From Haliotis cracherodii (Eukaryota), in the NCBI RefSeq assembly GCF_022045235.1, contig NW_027266265.1, forward strand, positions 16,988,001 to 17,052,000: 64,000 nt of DNA, read 5' to 3'. Position 1 is the stretch's first letter; the number at the start of each line of letters is the position of its first letter. This document shows, piece after piece, positions 37,753 through 49,380 of this stretch. The notes under the pieces are model-generated. The model did no database searches and was not told where the DNA came from. It was given only the letters and a program-made list of their open reading frames with translations. Made by a program: the position numbers and the translations under genes.

Positions 37753-39393
37753 ATGTCGATCCATTCCTTCCATTTACTCTTCATTGTTTTAGTGACACAC
37801 TCAACCAGTGGATATCCGAACAGTAGTATCCCTTTGGAGTGGTCAAACATTTGTCAATCCGCCATTAACCTTTCAAACGTAGTCATTTCCTGTCACGTGG
37901 GTGTTGACGATACATGGGATTTAGATCACTTCCGGAACTGGTCAGCCCTATTGGATAATGACACTCTTGTGTCTCTGGACGTAATGTGTGAAACTGGAGC
38001 CAGTATCTGTCTCCCTTGGCCGTACCGAGCCAGACATCTGGACACTTTGAAGATCAGGAATTGCATCAACACTTACTCCTTCTTTGACTTCCACCGACGG
38101 GAAGTGCTGGATATCCCTGACTCCCTGAGGGTGTTTGAAGGATATGGTATGACGGAACAGTTTAACGTTATGAATGTTTGGGTGTGTGGACAGAAGTCCT
38201 TAGAGGTATTCATCTACAGGAACACCAAGGTAGATTTGAAAAACAAAATTTACCTATTCGCAGGTTCCTATAGAAATTTGAAGGTCATCGATATTAGTCA
38301 AGAACCAAAAACATCTATGGGCGCGCAAATTGACCGTCTTTCAATTTTTGTTTGGATGCCTCAACTTAGAAATTTGAATATGTCAGGCATAGGATTGCAG
38401 GTGTATCCATCGATGTTGAAACCGTGGAGAACCTCATTTCCCAAACTAGAAATTGTGGACCTCTCCCACAACAATATTTCCCATTTTGACATAGAGATAA
38501 CGTCTCCTTCCCAAGATGATGTTGGCCTTATAGATCTACGGTTTAACAATATACAGACCATAGGCGTCCATGAAATAATCTCCTTTTCACATTATAAAAG
38601 AGTTTTTATTGACATGAGAGGCAACCCATTTAGATGTGATTGTGCTATGGCAAACTTGAATGACTTTCTTCAGAAAAACACCAACAAAGACTTAAGTAAT
38701 ATGAACTATCTTTACGATTTGAAATGTGTTACCCCTCAAAGGTTTCGAGGAAAAGCGATCAGAGACCTTTCAAAAGAGTTGTTGTGTTCCACGGATACGA
38801 CTGCCTATGTCGCTCAGATATCAGTCCTGTGTGTTATCGTTATCATTTTGATAATCACTATTATTGTAACGACAAGATATAGGAAGGAGATAACCATTCT
38901 TGCTTTCACGCGTTTCAATATTCTTCTTCCATCTCAACCGATCGGAAAGTCAAGCAATAAGACATACGATGCTTTTGTGGCCTACAGTCACCATGACACC
39001 GAATGGGTTGTGAAAACCCTTCTCCCTCGACTAGAGAGTGGATCCCCTGACGGAAATAACTTCCGGTTATGTCTTCACCAGCGAGACTTTGCAGTTGGCG
39101 CCGCTATAGCTGACAACATTTGTCAGAGCGTTGAGGCAAGCAGACACACTATCCTGGTGTTGTCTCGGAAGTTTCTGGAGAGCGAGTGGTGTTTGATGGA
39201 GTTCCGCACTGCCTTCCACCAGAGTCTCATTGAGAAGAAGAAACATCTGATTCTGGTCCTCCTTGAGGACATCCCCGTGAGTGAACTTGACGCGGACTTT
39301 CGGCGTTGTATGCAGACAAGGACGTACATTCACATCTCTGACAAACTTTTTTGGGACAGAATCGTTTATTCATTAACCGACAAAAGTAATTAA
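37753..39393 (+). CDS. Toll-like receptor C (shortened ectodomain, no post-TIR tail)
   Basis: ATG at 37753 (MSIHSFHLLFIVLV signal), LRRs, GNPFRCDC, TM nearly identical to TLR-A, and a complete TIR ending SLTDKSN*. Confidence 0.93.
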   Translation: MSIHSFHLLFIVLVTHSTSGYPNSSIPLEWSNICQSAINLSNVVISCHVGVDDTWDLDHFRNWSALLDNDTLVSLDVMCETGASICLPWPYRARHLDTLKIRNCINTYSFFDFHRREVLDIPDSLRVFEGYGMTEQFNVMNVWVCGQKSLEVFIYRNTKVDLKNKIYLFAGSYRNLKVIDISQEPKTSMGAQIDRLSIFVWMPQLRNLNMSGIGLQVYPSMLKPWRTSFPKLEIVDLSHNNISHFDIEITSPSQDDVGLIDLRFNNIQTIGVHEIISFSHYKRVFIDMRGNPFRCDCAMANLNDFLQKNTNKDLSNMNYLYDLKCVTPQRFRGKAIRDLSKELLCSTDTTAYVAQISVLCVIVIILIITIIVTTRYRKEITILAFTRFNILLPSQPIGKSSNKTYDAFVAYSHHDTEWVVKTLLPRLESGSPDGNNFRLCLHQRDFAVGAAIADNICQSVEASRHTILVLSRKFLESEWCLMEFRTAFHQSLIEKKKHLILVLLEDIPVSELDADFRRCMQTRTYIHISDKLFWDRIVYSLTDKSN

Positions 39394-39739
39394 GTAATTG
39401 AAGCATTGACCTATGGTTTGGAAGACATTTGGACCAAGATAACATGACGTGGATGTATAGGTTATTCATCTTTATTGAACCATTTTCTTTTCATACAAAA
39501 TTACTCAGCCACAGATTACTTTTCACAAAAAGTTGCAGGAAAGAGTTAATGGCTTTTTACAAACCGTTGCAGGAAAGAGTTAATGGTTTAAAGTACATAA
39601 TCAAATTTCCCAACAGTTTCATTTAAAAATTACATGGTAGACCATATTTTTGCCCCTCTGTATATATTTACAAAATTAAACCCCCATCTGCATCAAGTAA
39701 CTGTAATTACTATTCGATGCTGCAAATGAAGGTAAAAAA

Positions 39740-40040
39740 GAAATTAGGATAAGCTAAGCACGTTTTCGATTTTCATCGTATGATTTTTGAATTGAAAAAG
39801 GAAGATATAAATATTAAAAGAGTACAGAGAATTTCTTTGTCATTTATTTGCAGTCGAAGATGAGTATCACTTGCATGTGCAGCTTTCACAACGTTAATAA
39901 ATGGAAACATCGAATAAAGTATCCATAAATAAATGTCCATCCAAAATTAAATAACTTGCCATCTTTGTTAAGTAGTTTAAACCAAGATACACTGCAGAAT
40001 ATATCAGTGTTTATTCATTATGCAATGTTACATCGAAACA
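39740..40040 (+). mobile_element. Highly decayed LINE 3' remnant
   Basis: Fragments ARFRFSS..IEKGRY and VEDEYH, typical of LINE ORF2 C-termini. Confidence 0.4.
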
Positions 40041-40535
40041 ATATTACATTTCAGTAAATATACGTCACTAGACACGTGAAGGACATTTTCAAATTTGACG
40101 TATCAGTGACAAAAATGGTGACCAATGCAATTCCCTCTTTTGTTTTTCAGGTGAACAATTGACTTGCCTTTGGGTGTGTTTATGATGGGTGCTACCGGTT
40201 GGGCAGGATAATTTATTATGCTCACCTTTTCGCGAACGCCTGGTATCATCACTATTTAAATGGTGATTCATAAAAACAAGCTCAAGATACGGAATCGTAC
40301 AATGGATTTTTGGCTGAGAGTCCTTATTATTATGGAAAGTGTTTTGTCGCTTTTATTCATTGAATAACAGCAAGGAATTGTGAAGACAGGGATGCAGACT
40401 GGACCTGCTTGTAAAATGAAGTGGTATATGAATAATTGTACTGAAGTTTGACGACAGGGTAGATGGATATAGGGTTTACCCGTGTGTGAGATGGAATGGT
40501 GAGATGGAGTGGTGTGTGAGAAAAAACGTAGGTGA

Positions 40536-40537
<2 letters not shown>

Positions 40538-40624
<87 letters not shown>
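40538..40624. repeat. (GA)n microsatellite
   Basis: Directly visible. Confidence 0.97.
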
Positions 40625-40626
<2 letters not shown>

Positions 40627-41502
40627 TCGAACCCATCATCTTAGGTTTCTGCACGCCTAAGGGACGCAACTCTTCACAACGAATCGTAGCGCCTTTGACG
40701 ACTGGGCCTCTCGTGCACTCTAAACTGTTTAAAAATAACATTGTTATGCATTGCATTGCATGCCAACATCAGTCCACGGTTAATTGATTGTAGCATTGTC
40801 GGGGCAGATCCTGCGTTCGGAAAAAGACAATATGTCTTTGTATAAAACGGAAATAATAAATAATGAAACAAAGTTAATGTAAAGCTCACAACGCCAAGAA
40901 CTGGGGCATGATGACTTGAGATGCAGAATACAGATGACCTTTACTTAAGGATCTCTGTAGGCATGACATTCTTTGCGCTGGGCACTGGGTACTGTCGTGA
41001 ACAATTCAGCCGAGACTCATGGACTAATAGTCACACGTCGTTATATCATACAAAATGTATTTATTCCCGATTTAAAATCGATCCTGTATTGCTTAACGCA
41101 AACATGTATTACATTCCGTCATCTATGATGTCGCTGCATTGTTACCCCGTGTGAGTTCATGTTTTTCATGGGGGCATAACTTGCACGTGGCTGTACGTTA
41201 GAAATATAGAGAAGTAAGAAAATGCGTGTGACTAAAATATGTGGTTAAAATCCTTATCTAATAAAGTTAAATACTATTAATTGTTATATTTGATTCAAAA
41301 CTGTTAACACCGTCAGTAGGTTTCCCTATATGTATACGGATATGACACGGCAGTTAGTATTGCACAGCAGCAATTCATTTCTTATTTCAGTTGGACTATT
41401 AGATAACGTCTACACGATGTTTTATAAGGCCTAGAAACACCGCCCGTCACTGAATAAGTATTAATTTCTTTTCAGTATCTCTTGACAATGTTGTGTTTAC
41501 GT

Positions 41503-41505
<3 letters not shown>
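40625..41505 (-). repeat. Arm 2 of the inverted segmental duplication
   Basis: Reverse complement of 31981-32951 with internal deletions; both ends abut (GA)n tracts. Confidence 0.9.
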
Positions 41506-41579
<74 letters not shown>

Positions 41580-41580
41580 G
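41505..41580. repeat. (GA)n microsatellite
   Basis: Directly visible. Confidence 0.97.
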
Positions 41581-42164
41581 CCTTGGTTCATTGCCATGCC
41601 TGGATATGTACAGTGCATCGTGTTCTTAGCTCACGTGGTGTCGGTAGATAAGCGATAACGATACGAAGAGTTAAAATAATTTGTATTGTGTTAACCATTT
41701 GGTGTAGGTAGATTAGCGCATTCCCGAACACTCTCGATTAACGCTGAAAGTGAAGCTGAAAACTGTTCAGACAAATGACGATAAGAAAAGTTAAAATAAA
41801 TTGAGCGAATAGGCAGATCATATTATATATCGGATTAAACGATTCGGATAGTTTCTTTTTTGATGGATGTGAATATCTAATGAACTAAGAAAATATCCGT
41901 GACTTGATAGGATCGATTTTAGAATTTAGATTTCCCAATTTGCTAAGAAAGAGAAGACCCCAATATTTGGGCCCCAACAGTATGTGAAAGCCATTTCAGG
42001 AGACGAAGTTAATTCAGAGAGAATTATAGCAACACATTCCTGCCACACCCCACACCCCTTCCCACACCCAACAAAACACCAATTAAATGTCACATAAAAT
42101 ATAAAACACAGAAAATGTACAGCTGTTTTTCATACCTGACATATCCTATAATAAGTCTGAACAA

Positions 42165-42404
42165 AACTGCCTGACAAAAGGAAGTATACACCATGCATAT
42201 GTTTGATGTTGGCTAAGATGAAATAAAAGAGAAATGGTTATTCGACGCCGATGCATTTGATAAGCTTAATGGTATCATTGTTGTGTTTTGGACCGTAGGT
42301 TTGCAGTAATTCGGAGACTGTCTTAGGCCTAGTAATGTTTCAAAACATTTGTCATTCTTTAAACAATCCATTTTCAAGTGTATACTTGCTTTTCCCCGGC
42401 AGTT
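42165..42404. mobile_element. Tc1-type MITE, same family as 15316-15543
   Basis: AACTGCCTGACAAAAGGAAGTATACA ... TGTATACTTGCTTTTCCCCGGCAGTT, with a similar interior. Confidence 0.7.
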
Positions 42405-42546
42405 TAAGTCTCAGGAGCTAACAGTGTGTGTTTTAACTGAATATTTCCTCTTGTTACAACAGTGAATATACAAGCTTACAAATAGTTTCAACTATTCCAG
42501 TGAATAGTAGATGTGTGCTTACACCTATAAGCATTGAACATATATT

Positions 42547-42703
42547 GGGCGCGTGGTTAAAGCATTGGCTCGTCATGCCGAAGACCCGGGTTTGATTTCT
42601 CCACATGGGTTCAATGTGTGAAGCCCATTTTCCGGTGTCCCCTGCGTTATATTGCTGGAATATTGCATTAAGCGGAGTAAAACCATACTAACTCACTCAC
42701 TCA
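42547..42703 (+). mobile_element. SINE family A copy just beyond the TLR-D stop codon
   Basis: GTGGTTAAAGC...GCCGAAGACCCGGGTT...ACTCACTCACTC. Confidence 0.8.
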
Positions 42704-42720
42704 AAATATATCGATATTTT

Positions 42721-44103
42721 CTAGAGTTTCTCCTGGGTAGATTTTGAGGATTCGTCTTTGTGTCGTCCATCATTGATGTTTTGTTCGTTGATGGGGGACC
42801 GGCCACACAGGATTCGGCAGCTTCGGGAGATGAGCAATTTAACGTTCTCTCTGTAAAGGATGCTTAATAAGAGTGAAGCGACCAAAATGACAACAACAAC
42901 AGCTAAAACAGCGACGAAGGCTTGGTAGGACGCCACATCCACGACATCAAGGTTGCAAAGCGCTTTCCTTGAGAATTGACTAATTTGTTTTCCTCTTTTA
43001 CTGACTGGATCAACGCACGTGAGATCCCAAAGATATTCGTAGTCAAGACTCAGACCTGCATCTTCTGGCGTCGGATGTCTTCTGAGAAAGTTACTGAAGT
43101 CGGCCATAGCGCAGTCGCATCTCAGGGGATTTTGTCTCACGTCCACAACTTGTGCAACGGAAGACTGAAACGATCCGATCTCGGCCTCTTTTATTGTTTG
43201 AATGGAGTTGTACGTTAAGTTGATAACTCTGATTGGTGCGTCAAAACTTTGAACACCCCCTCTGAGGTCAAAACGGGAGATGTTATTATGGGACAGATCC
43301 AAAATTTGTAGTTTTTCAATGCGTCCTTTCCATGATAATAAAATAGAAGGGAACGCCTGTATCTCCGTGGAAGAGTAGTTTAGTGTTGTCAGGTTGGGGA
43401 AGCGAGAGTTGATGAAAGTGGCGTATATACCTGCAGACGATGAGTCTTGTCTCTGACTCGCGTCATAGACCTTCATATTTCTATAGTTACACACGTGTTT
43501 AAGTTTGTTTATATCCCGCGCTGTTTGTACGAAATTGTTAGTAACCTCGTCTTCCCCTTTCGGCACAAAACTTTTGGGGTAAATTATGTCAGCCTTGGTG
43601 TTCCTGTAGATGAATACCTCTAAGGACATCGGTCCACACTCCAATGCAGGAGGGAGACTCTTCAGGTCGACAGACAACATATCCATAACGTTAAACTGTT
43701 CAGTCACACCATATCCTTCAAACACCCTCAGGGAGTCAGGGATATCCAGCACTTCCCGTCGGTGGAAGTTCGAGAAGAAGCACGTGTTGATGCAATTCCT
43801 GATCTTCAAAGTGTCCAGATGTCTGGCTCGGTACGGCCAGGGGAGACAGGCACTGGCTCCAGTTTCACACATAACATCCAGAGACACAAGGGTGTCATTA
43901 TCCAATAGGGCTGACCAGTTCCGGAAGTGATCTAAATCCCATGTATCGTCAACACCCACGTGACAGGAAATGACTACGTTTGAAAGGTTAATGGCGGATT
44001 GACAAATGTTTGACCACTCCAAAGGGATACTACTGTTCGGATATCCACTGGTTGTATGCGTCACTAAAACAATGAAGAGCAAATGGAAGGAATGGATCGA
44101 CAT
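42721..44103 (-). CDS. TIR-less TLR paralog D (LRR ectodomain, TM, ~44-aa tail)
   Basis: Intact 460-aa ORF from ATG 44103. N-terminus nearly identical to TLR-C, LQILDLSHNNI, QNPLRCDC LRR-CT, TM AFVAVLAVVVVILVASLLLSILY, no TIR. Acceptor TTTTCAG|ATAT at 44177. Confidence 0.88.
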   Translation of the reverse strand: MSIHSFHLLFIVLVTHTTSGYPNSSIPLEWSNICQSAINLSNVVISCHVGVDDTWDLDHFRNWSALLDNDTLVSLDVMCETGASACLPWPYRARHLDTLKIRNCINTCFFSNFHRREVLDIPDSLRVFEGYGVTEQFNVMDMLSVDLKSLPPALECGPMSLEVFIYRNTKADIIYPKSFVPKGEDEVTNNFVQTARDINKLKHVCNYRNMKVYDASQRQDSSSAGIYATFINSRFPNLTTLNYSSTEIQAFPSILLSWKGRIEKLQILDLSHNNISRFDLRGGVQSFDAPIRVINLTYNSIQTIKEAEIGSFQSSVAQVVDVRQNPLRCDCAMADFSNFLRRHPTPEDAGLSLDYEYLWDLTCVDPVSKRGKQISQFSRKALCNLDVVDVASYQAFVAVLAVVVVILVASLLLSILYRENVKLLISRSCRILCGRSPINEQNINDGRHKDESSKSTQEKL

Positions 44104-44904
44104 CGCTGACAATGTGTTCTTTCACGTTCCGATGGCTCCGATCTCACTGTTGCTTACACCTCTTTTGGGGAAATATCTGAAAATATAAGATAACCATGAA
44201 AGTTGTTGGAGTATATCAATGGCAGTCACAAAACATTATTTACAGTCTGTCGTCATATAGCTGGAATTTTCCTAGGTGCAAACAACTAAACCCACAGACA
44301 CACAAATAAAAGGCTAAGTGATTCAGTTAATTTAAACTAACACTTTCTCATTGAACTGAAATGCTAAGTATGAAAAATCAAACTCCTTGTTTTCAAAACA
44401 ACTACACGAAGTATGGAAGAAAAGTGATGATGTTTCCGTTATAAAATAATGGAATGATTTCCTTCATACAGCTTCCATATGTACATAAAGGTTATGACGC
44501 CAGTGTGTTTTGGGAAGGTAACTACCCATCCGTTCGCCCGCCAGAGAAATTGCCTTTTATCAAAGGGAAGCTACTCTAGTCTATGATATCTCACGTTTGT
44601 TTCGTCTGCTTGCCATTACATTATCATAACGTTACGAAATGCAGTCAGATGTCCCAAACTGCGACAAAAAGAAACGAAGGAATTTCGGATATATTTCGGC
44701 CAAATCCGACGTTATTTAATTCGGGAGGACGCCCCAAGGCGCAGTTTTCTATCAGCACGGATATGGAAAGTGATCCCGCTTGCGTCCCCGTTCAATGGCT
44801 TCCCCAATCATCCAATGTTGCCAATGCTTGTTAAAGGCCTAAGGTACGTCCCTGGTAGACATTGATTTTCGGCATCTTTGACTATTGTTCTAATGATGAT
44901 AATA

Positions 44905-45180
44905 GTGAGTGAGTTGGATTTAACGCGGCTTTTAACATTATTCCAGTTATATCGCGGCGTGTCAGCCTATTGTGGGAGGAAAGCCCGAAGTGATGCAGGT
45001 CTCAGACGTTTACCACTTCGGTGAAACCCACGAGAACGGGTATGGTGCTGACAAACCTAGAAACATAATCGGGTCGAACCGGGATTCGAACCCACAATCC
45101 TAGGTTTCTGGCATGCCCAATGGACGCAACTCTTCAAGCGAATCGCGGCGCCTTAGGCGGCTGGGCCACCCGTGCCCCCT
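44905..45180 (-). mobile_element. SINE family B, full length
   Basis: Reverse complement of 37220-37501; TSD CTAATGATGATAATA. Confidence 0.85.
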
Positions 45181-45276
45181 AATGATGATAATAACTATCC
45201 CAGTAACATGTCCAGATCCCCGAATATCAATTGTGACTCGATCGCCAATAGGCAAAGGAGACGCCATATCTGTTTG

Positions 45277-45441
45277 CACTGGCGGATCCAGAGGGGATGT
45301 ATGTGTGTGTGTGCGTGCGTGCGTGCGTGCGTGTCTGTGTTTGCGTGCGAGAGCGTGTGTGTCTGTGTGTACATATGTGTGTGCACAGAGGTGGGTATTA
45401 TGTGCACCTCCACTTTTTTCAAAATCCCGGATCCCCCGCTG
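45277..45441. mobile_element. hAT-like MITE containing (GT)n
   Basis: CACTGGCGGATCCAG ... CCCGGATCCCCCGCTG imperfect TIRs. Confidence 0.45.
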
Positions 45442-46329
45442 CTTTGTTCACACTGACAGAAGTTCCAACCTCACCTTTTACATTTACATATTTATCCGTG
45501 AAGACACTCACTGGGTACCGTTTTTATCCGTTGACTTTATCCTGCCGAGAAACCAACCCAAAATACCATAAATAATACATATTACCTATTAGCGACTGGT
45601 CCATTCACGGAAATTGCAATGGGACAAATAAATAACTTATATATTATACTTATACTTATTATACTTATATATATAAACACCTTATATATTGACATTACAC
45701 TCGTTAACCCATTCGTACACAATAAAACACGACACACAAATAGATGTTCTTCACACTGACCAACACGGATCTCCGGAATCCTGTATGATTTATAGGTTGC
45801 ATTTGGTCCGACGTATATTGATGGTATCCAGTCAGAAACGAGTTTAACGCCTACTTAAGGATGGGTATTATATCCTTGTCGTAGCCAATCATCTTATCTT
45901 ATTCGTTTCATAATACTGTTTTCGTTGTACTGTTCATTTCTTTGTCAAAAAATAAATATTTGAATTCAGACCTGGACTATATATCTGCTCTTGCATAAAA
46001 TCTAGTCTGGTGCCGTTCGAAAAATACACGTCGAACCTCTAAATCTAATGTTCCAGAATGTTAGTTTTTTTTAGTGTTTTTCAACACATGTGGTGTGTGA
46101 TCCAATACTTAAAGAACAATGGGGTTGTTTCGTCTTATTTCCTTATACAAAAAGGTCACCCCTGCTGACCCAGTGATTCAGAGACTAGAATGAAATGTTC
46201 AACACACTAGTGACGAGTCCTCAAAACACAATTAAGACACACGTTACTGTTATCATAGGACATGATTAATCAATAAAGATTAATAATATTTATAATGGTA
46301 TGTCAATACTTAATTTAACAAAATGTATA

Positions 46330-47090
46330 AACGGGGAACATATATAACCATCGAATTTGTATAATGAAGGAATGTTTATAATGAGGGTATGTATAACCAG
46401 AGAATATGTATAATCAAGAAATATGTATTACCAGAGAATATGTATAATCAAGAAATATGTATAACCGGGGAATATGTATAATCAAGAAATATGTATAACC
46501 GGGGAATATGTATAATCAAGAAATATGTGTAACCAGGGATATGTATAATCAAGAAATATGTATATCAAGGGAATATCTATAATCAAGGAATATGTATAAC
46601 CAGGGAATATGTTTAATCAAGGAATATGTATAACCAGGGAATATGTATAATCAAGGAATATGTATAACCAGGGAACATGTATGATTAAGGAATATGTATA
46701 ACCGAAGAAAATGTATAATCAAGAAATATGTATAACCAGGGAATATGTATAATCAAGGAACATGCATAACCAGGGAATATGTATAATCAAGGAATATGTA
46801 TAACCAGGGAATATGTATAATCAAGGAATATGTTTAATCAGGAAACATGTATAACCGGGGAATATGTATAATCAAGAAAAATGTGTAACCAGGGATATGT
46901 ATAATCAAGGAATATGTATAACCAGGGAATATGTATAATCAAGGAATATGTATAACCAGGGAATATGTATGATTAAGGAATATGTATAACCGAGGAATAT
47001 GTATAATCAAGAAAAATGTATAACCAGTGAATATGTATAATCAGGGAATATGTTTAATCAAGGAATATGCATAACCAGGGAATATATATA
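46330..47090. repeat. 17-bp tandem repeat with a 34-bp dimeric structure
   Basis: Alternating GAATATGTATAATCAAG / GAATATGTATAACCAGG. Confidence 0.92.
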
Positions 47091-47439
47091 ATTCCTGAAA
47101 TTTTCAGGGAATGTATTTAACGTCTGATTGAATGGGTGAACATCGAAGTACAACTGACTACATTTCAATGTCCGTTATACCTAAACTCATGACATAAAAT
47201 GGCAGTAAATAGAAACCGTCAGCTCCAGAGAATAACCCAGTCTCGGTTATGTGCCGATTGCACTGGGCGGAAAAGTTAAATCACGGCGTGTCAGCTTAAT
47301 TTAGGCCCATGATAGGTCTCAGATGTTTACCACTTTGGTGAAACCCACGAGCACGAGATAAACCTAGAAACATAATCGGGGCGAACTGGATTTCGGACCC
47401 ACTACCATATGTTTCTGCGCAGCCCTCTTATATTTCAAA

Positions 47440-47613
47440 GTGAGTGAGTGAGTGAGTGAGTATGGTTTTACGACGCTTTTATCAATATTCCAGCAATACC
47501 ACGGCGGGGGACACCAGAAATGGGCTTAACACATTGTACCCATGTCGGGAATCGAACCCGGGTCTTCGGCGTGACGAGCGAACGCTTTAACAACTTGGCT
47601 ACCCCGACCGCCC
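47440..47613 (-). mobile_element. SINE family A, full length
   Basis: Reverse complement of 21359-21530; TSD CTTATATTT(C/T)AAAG. A partial family B copy precedes it (47278-47420). Confidence 0.88.
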
Positions 47614-49063
47614 CTTATATTTTAAAGGACATTATCAGGTATGTACATACGAATGTGAACTAAACTTGGTTCATTTCAGCGATTGCATGTTTGGGACATG
47701 TGACAACACTTGCTAAGGATAATATTTGTATATAGGTTGATTTTACAGGTTTTCACGAAGCGTTTGTCTAATATTTAAACATGAGTAAAGTATGTGACAT
47801 AGTATATATTATATCTTTATCCAGGTGTTATATTATGTAGTCGTGCAGATGCAAGGATCTTTAATTTGAATTTGACTGCTGACCAATACCCTCAAAGACC
47901 AGCCGTTCGGAGTATTATTTAACAACACAAGAAACATGCCCTAGCTTAATTATCATACACTATCTACGTCATACGAAAAACAACATTCACAATACAATGT
48001 GGCTCATAAAACCGCATAAGGGACTTAATTATATATTCAAAGGACGTAAATAAAACGGTTAATTAAATTACTTACACTGTTACAAGTAGTGTGTCCTTAC
48101 AGTCTAGACTTTAAAGCGAGTGCAGTCTAACCTTGTTTAAAACATTTGCCAGTTAATTTCTTTTCTAAGGTGCCGAACTTAAGCTTCATCCTATGTTGTA
48201 TTGGAGCTGGATTTAAAAAATCAAATCCGCAATGACCAGTGGCGTGAATTGAAAATCACCCTGACGGGCTCTTCCACCTAATTGCCTGCACCCTTATGTT
48301 AAGGGACATATTTACGCCGCGATATAACAGGAATAATGTTAAAAGCGGCGTTAAACCCAACTCACTCACTCACTCACTCCTAAAGGGACATATTTACGTT
48401 TAAACGAGGAAGAGCAATATTGCGGCCGTTTTGTTGGACTGCAGTATGGTGCTAACATGTGGTTATGAAACTTTAAAGGATTGCTCATTCCTTTGGGGTA
48501 GACTGCAGTTGACCCATTCCTTTGTCCAGAGATAGGCCGGAGGCACCGGCACCCGCCTCAGACACTTTTGTGACTGCTGTAGCGCGGACACAGTGGTGTG
48601 AATATGTTTGTGATACTGTCAATGACTTTATAACTATATGAAGATTATACACTGGCCTAATGACATTTTCAAAGGCCTTGAACGTTGTCGAAAGACATCA
48701 TGACATAGTACAACCGCCATATGTCATCTTGCAAAGGTAACATTAAATTCCACTAAAGAATGCCTGTACATCAAGCACATGTCACAGTGCAATACTCGTT
48801 TTATATTGTGCAACGACAATGCGAATTTGACTATGACTTTAACAAAATCAACATGTATGTGACATTCCACAACATAGTGACAAGAGCGTGTGACATTCCA
48901 CAATGGTGTTGATCCTCGGTCATTTGAAAATGTACAACGATCATATGAAATTGTACATAGGCCATATAGGGATTGTACATTGATCATATGACATTGTACA
49001 TTCATCATAGGAAATTGTTCATCGACCATGTGAAAGAGTACAAATAGCACATTCCACGATCGA

Positions 49064-49380
49064 TACTACTACTACTAGTACTACTACTACTACTACTAAT
49101 TATAATAATAATAATATCATCAACAACAACGACGACGACGACGACAACAACAACAACAATAATAATAATATAAATAATAATTATAATAATAATAATGTGC
49201 ACTTATAATGCGCTAGCCTCCGTGTAGCAGTTCATGCTCAAAGCGCTACACGTTTAGTATCCCGGTCAATGGATCAGTGAGCACTCGATTTTTATTCTCA
49301 GCTCCCTGGAGAGTATACAAGAAAAAGCTGCCCGTAAGGCGCTAGAAGGCTAACATCAACATTACAATCTCATGTACTTT
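49064..49380 (-). mobile_element. Probable Deu/Nin-domain SINE remnant with an expanded compound trinucleotide tail
   Basis: TCAGCTCCCTGGAGAGTATACA...AAGGCGC resembles the Deu/Nin core. L2-like end GCGCTTTGAGCA...GCGCATTATAAGTGCACATT(ATT)n, followed by (TAC/ATA/CAA/CGA)n tracts. Confidence 0.45.

Noticed and set aside
37220-45180. Family B SINEs upstream of both TLR-C and TLR-D as one ancestral insertion
   Set aside because: Their TSDs and distances to the acceptor differ, so they are independent insertions.
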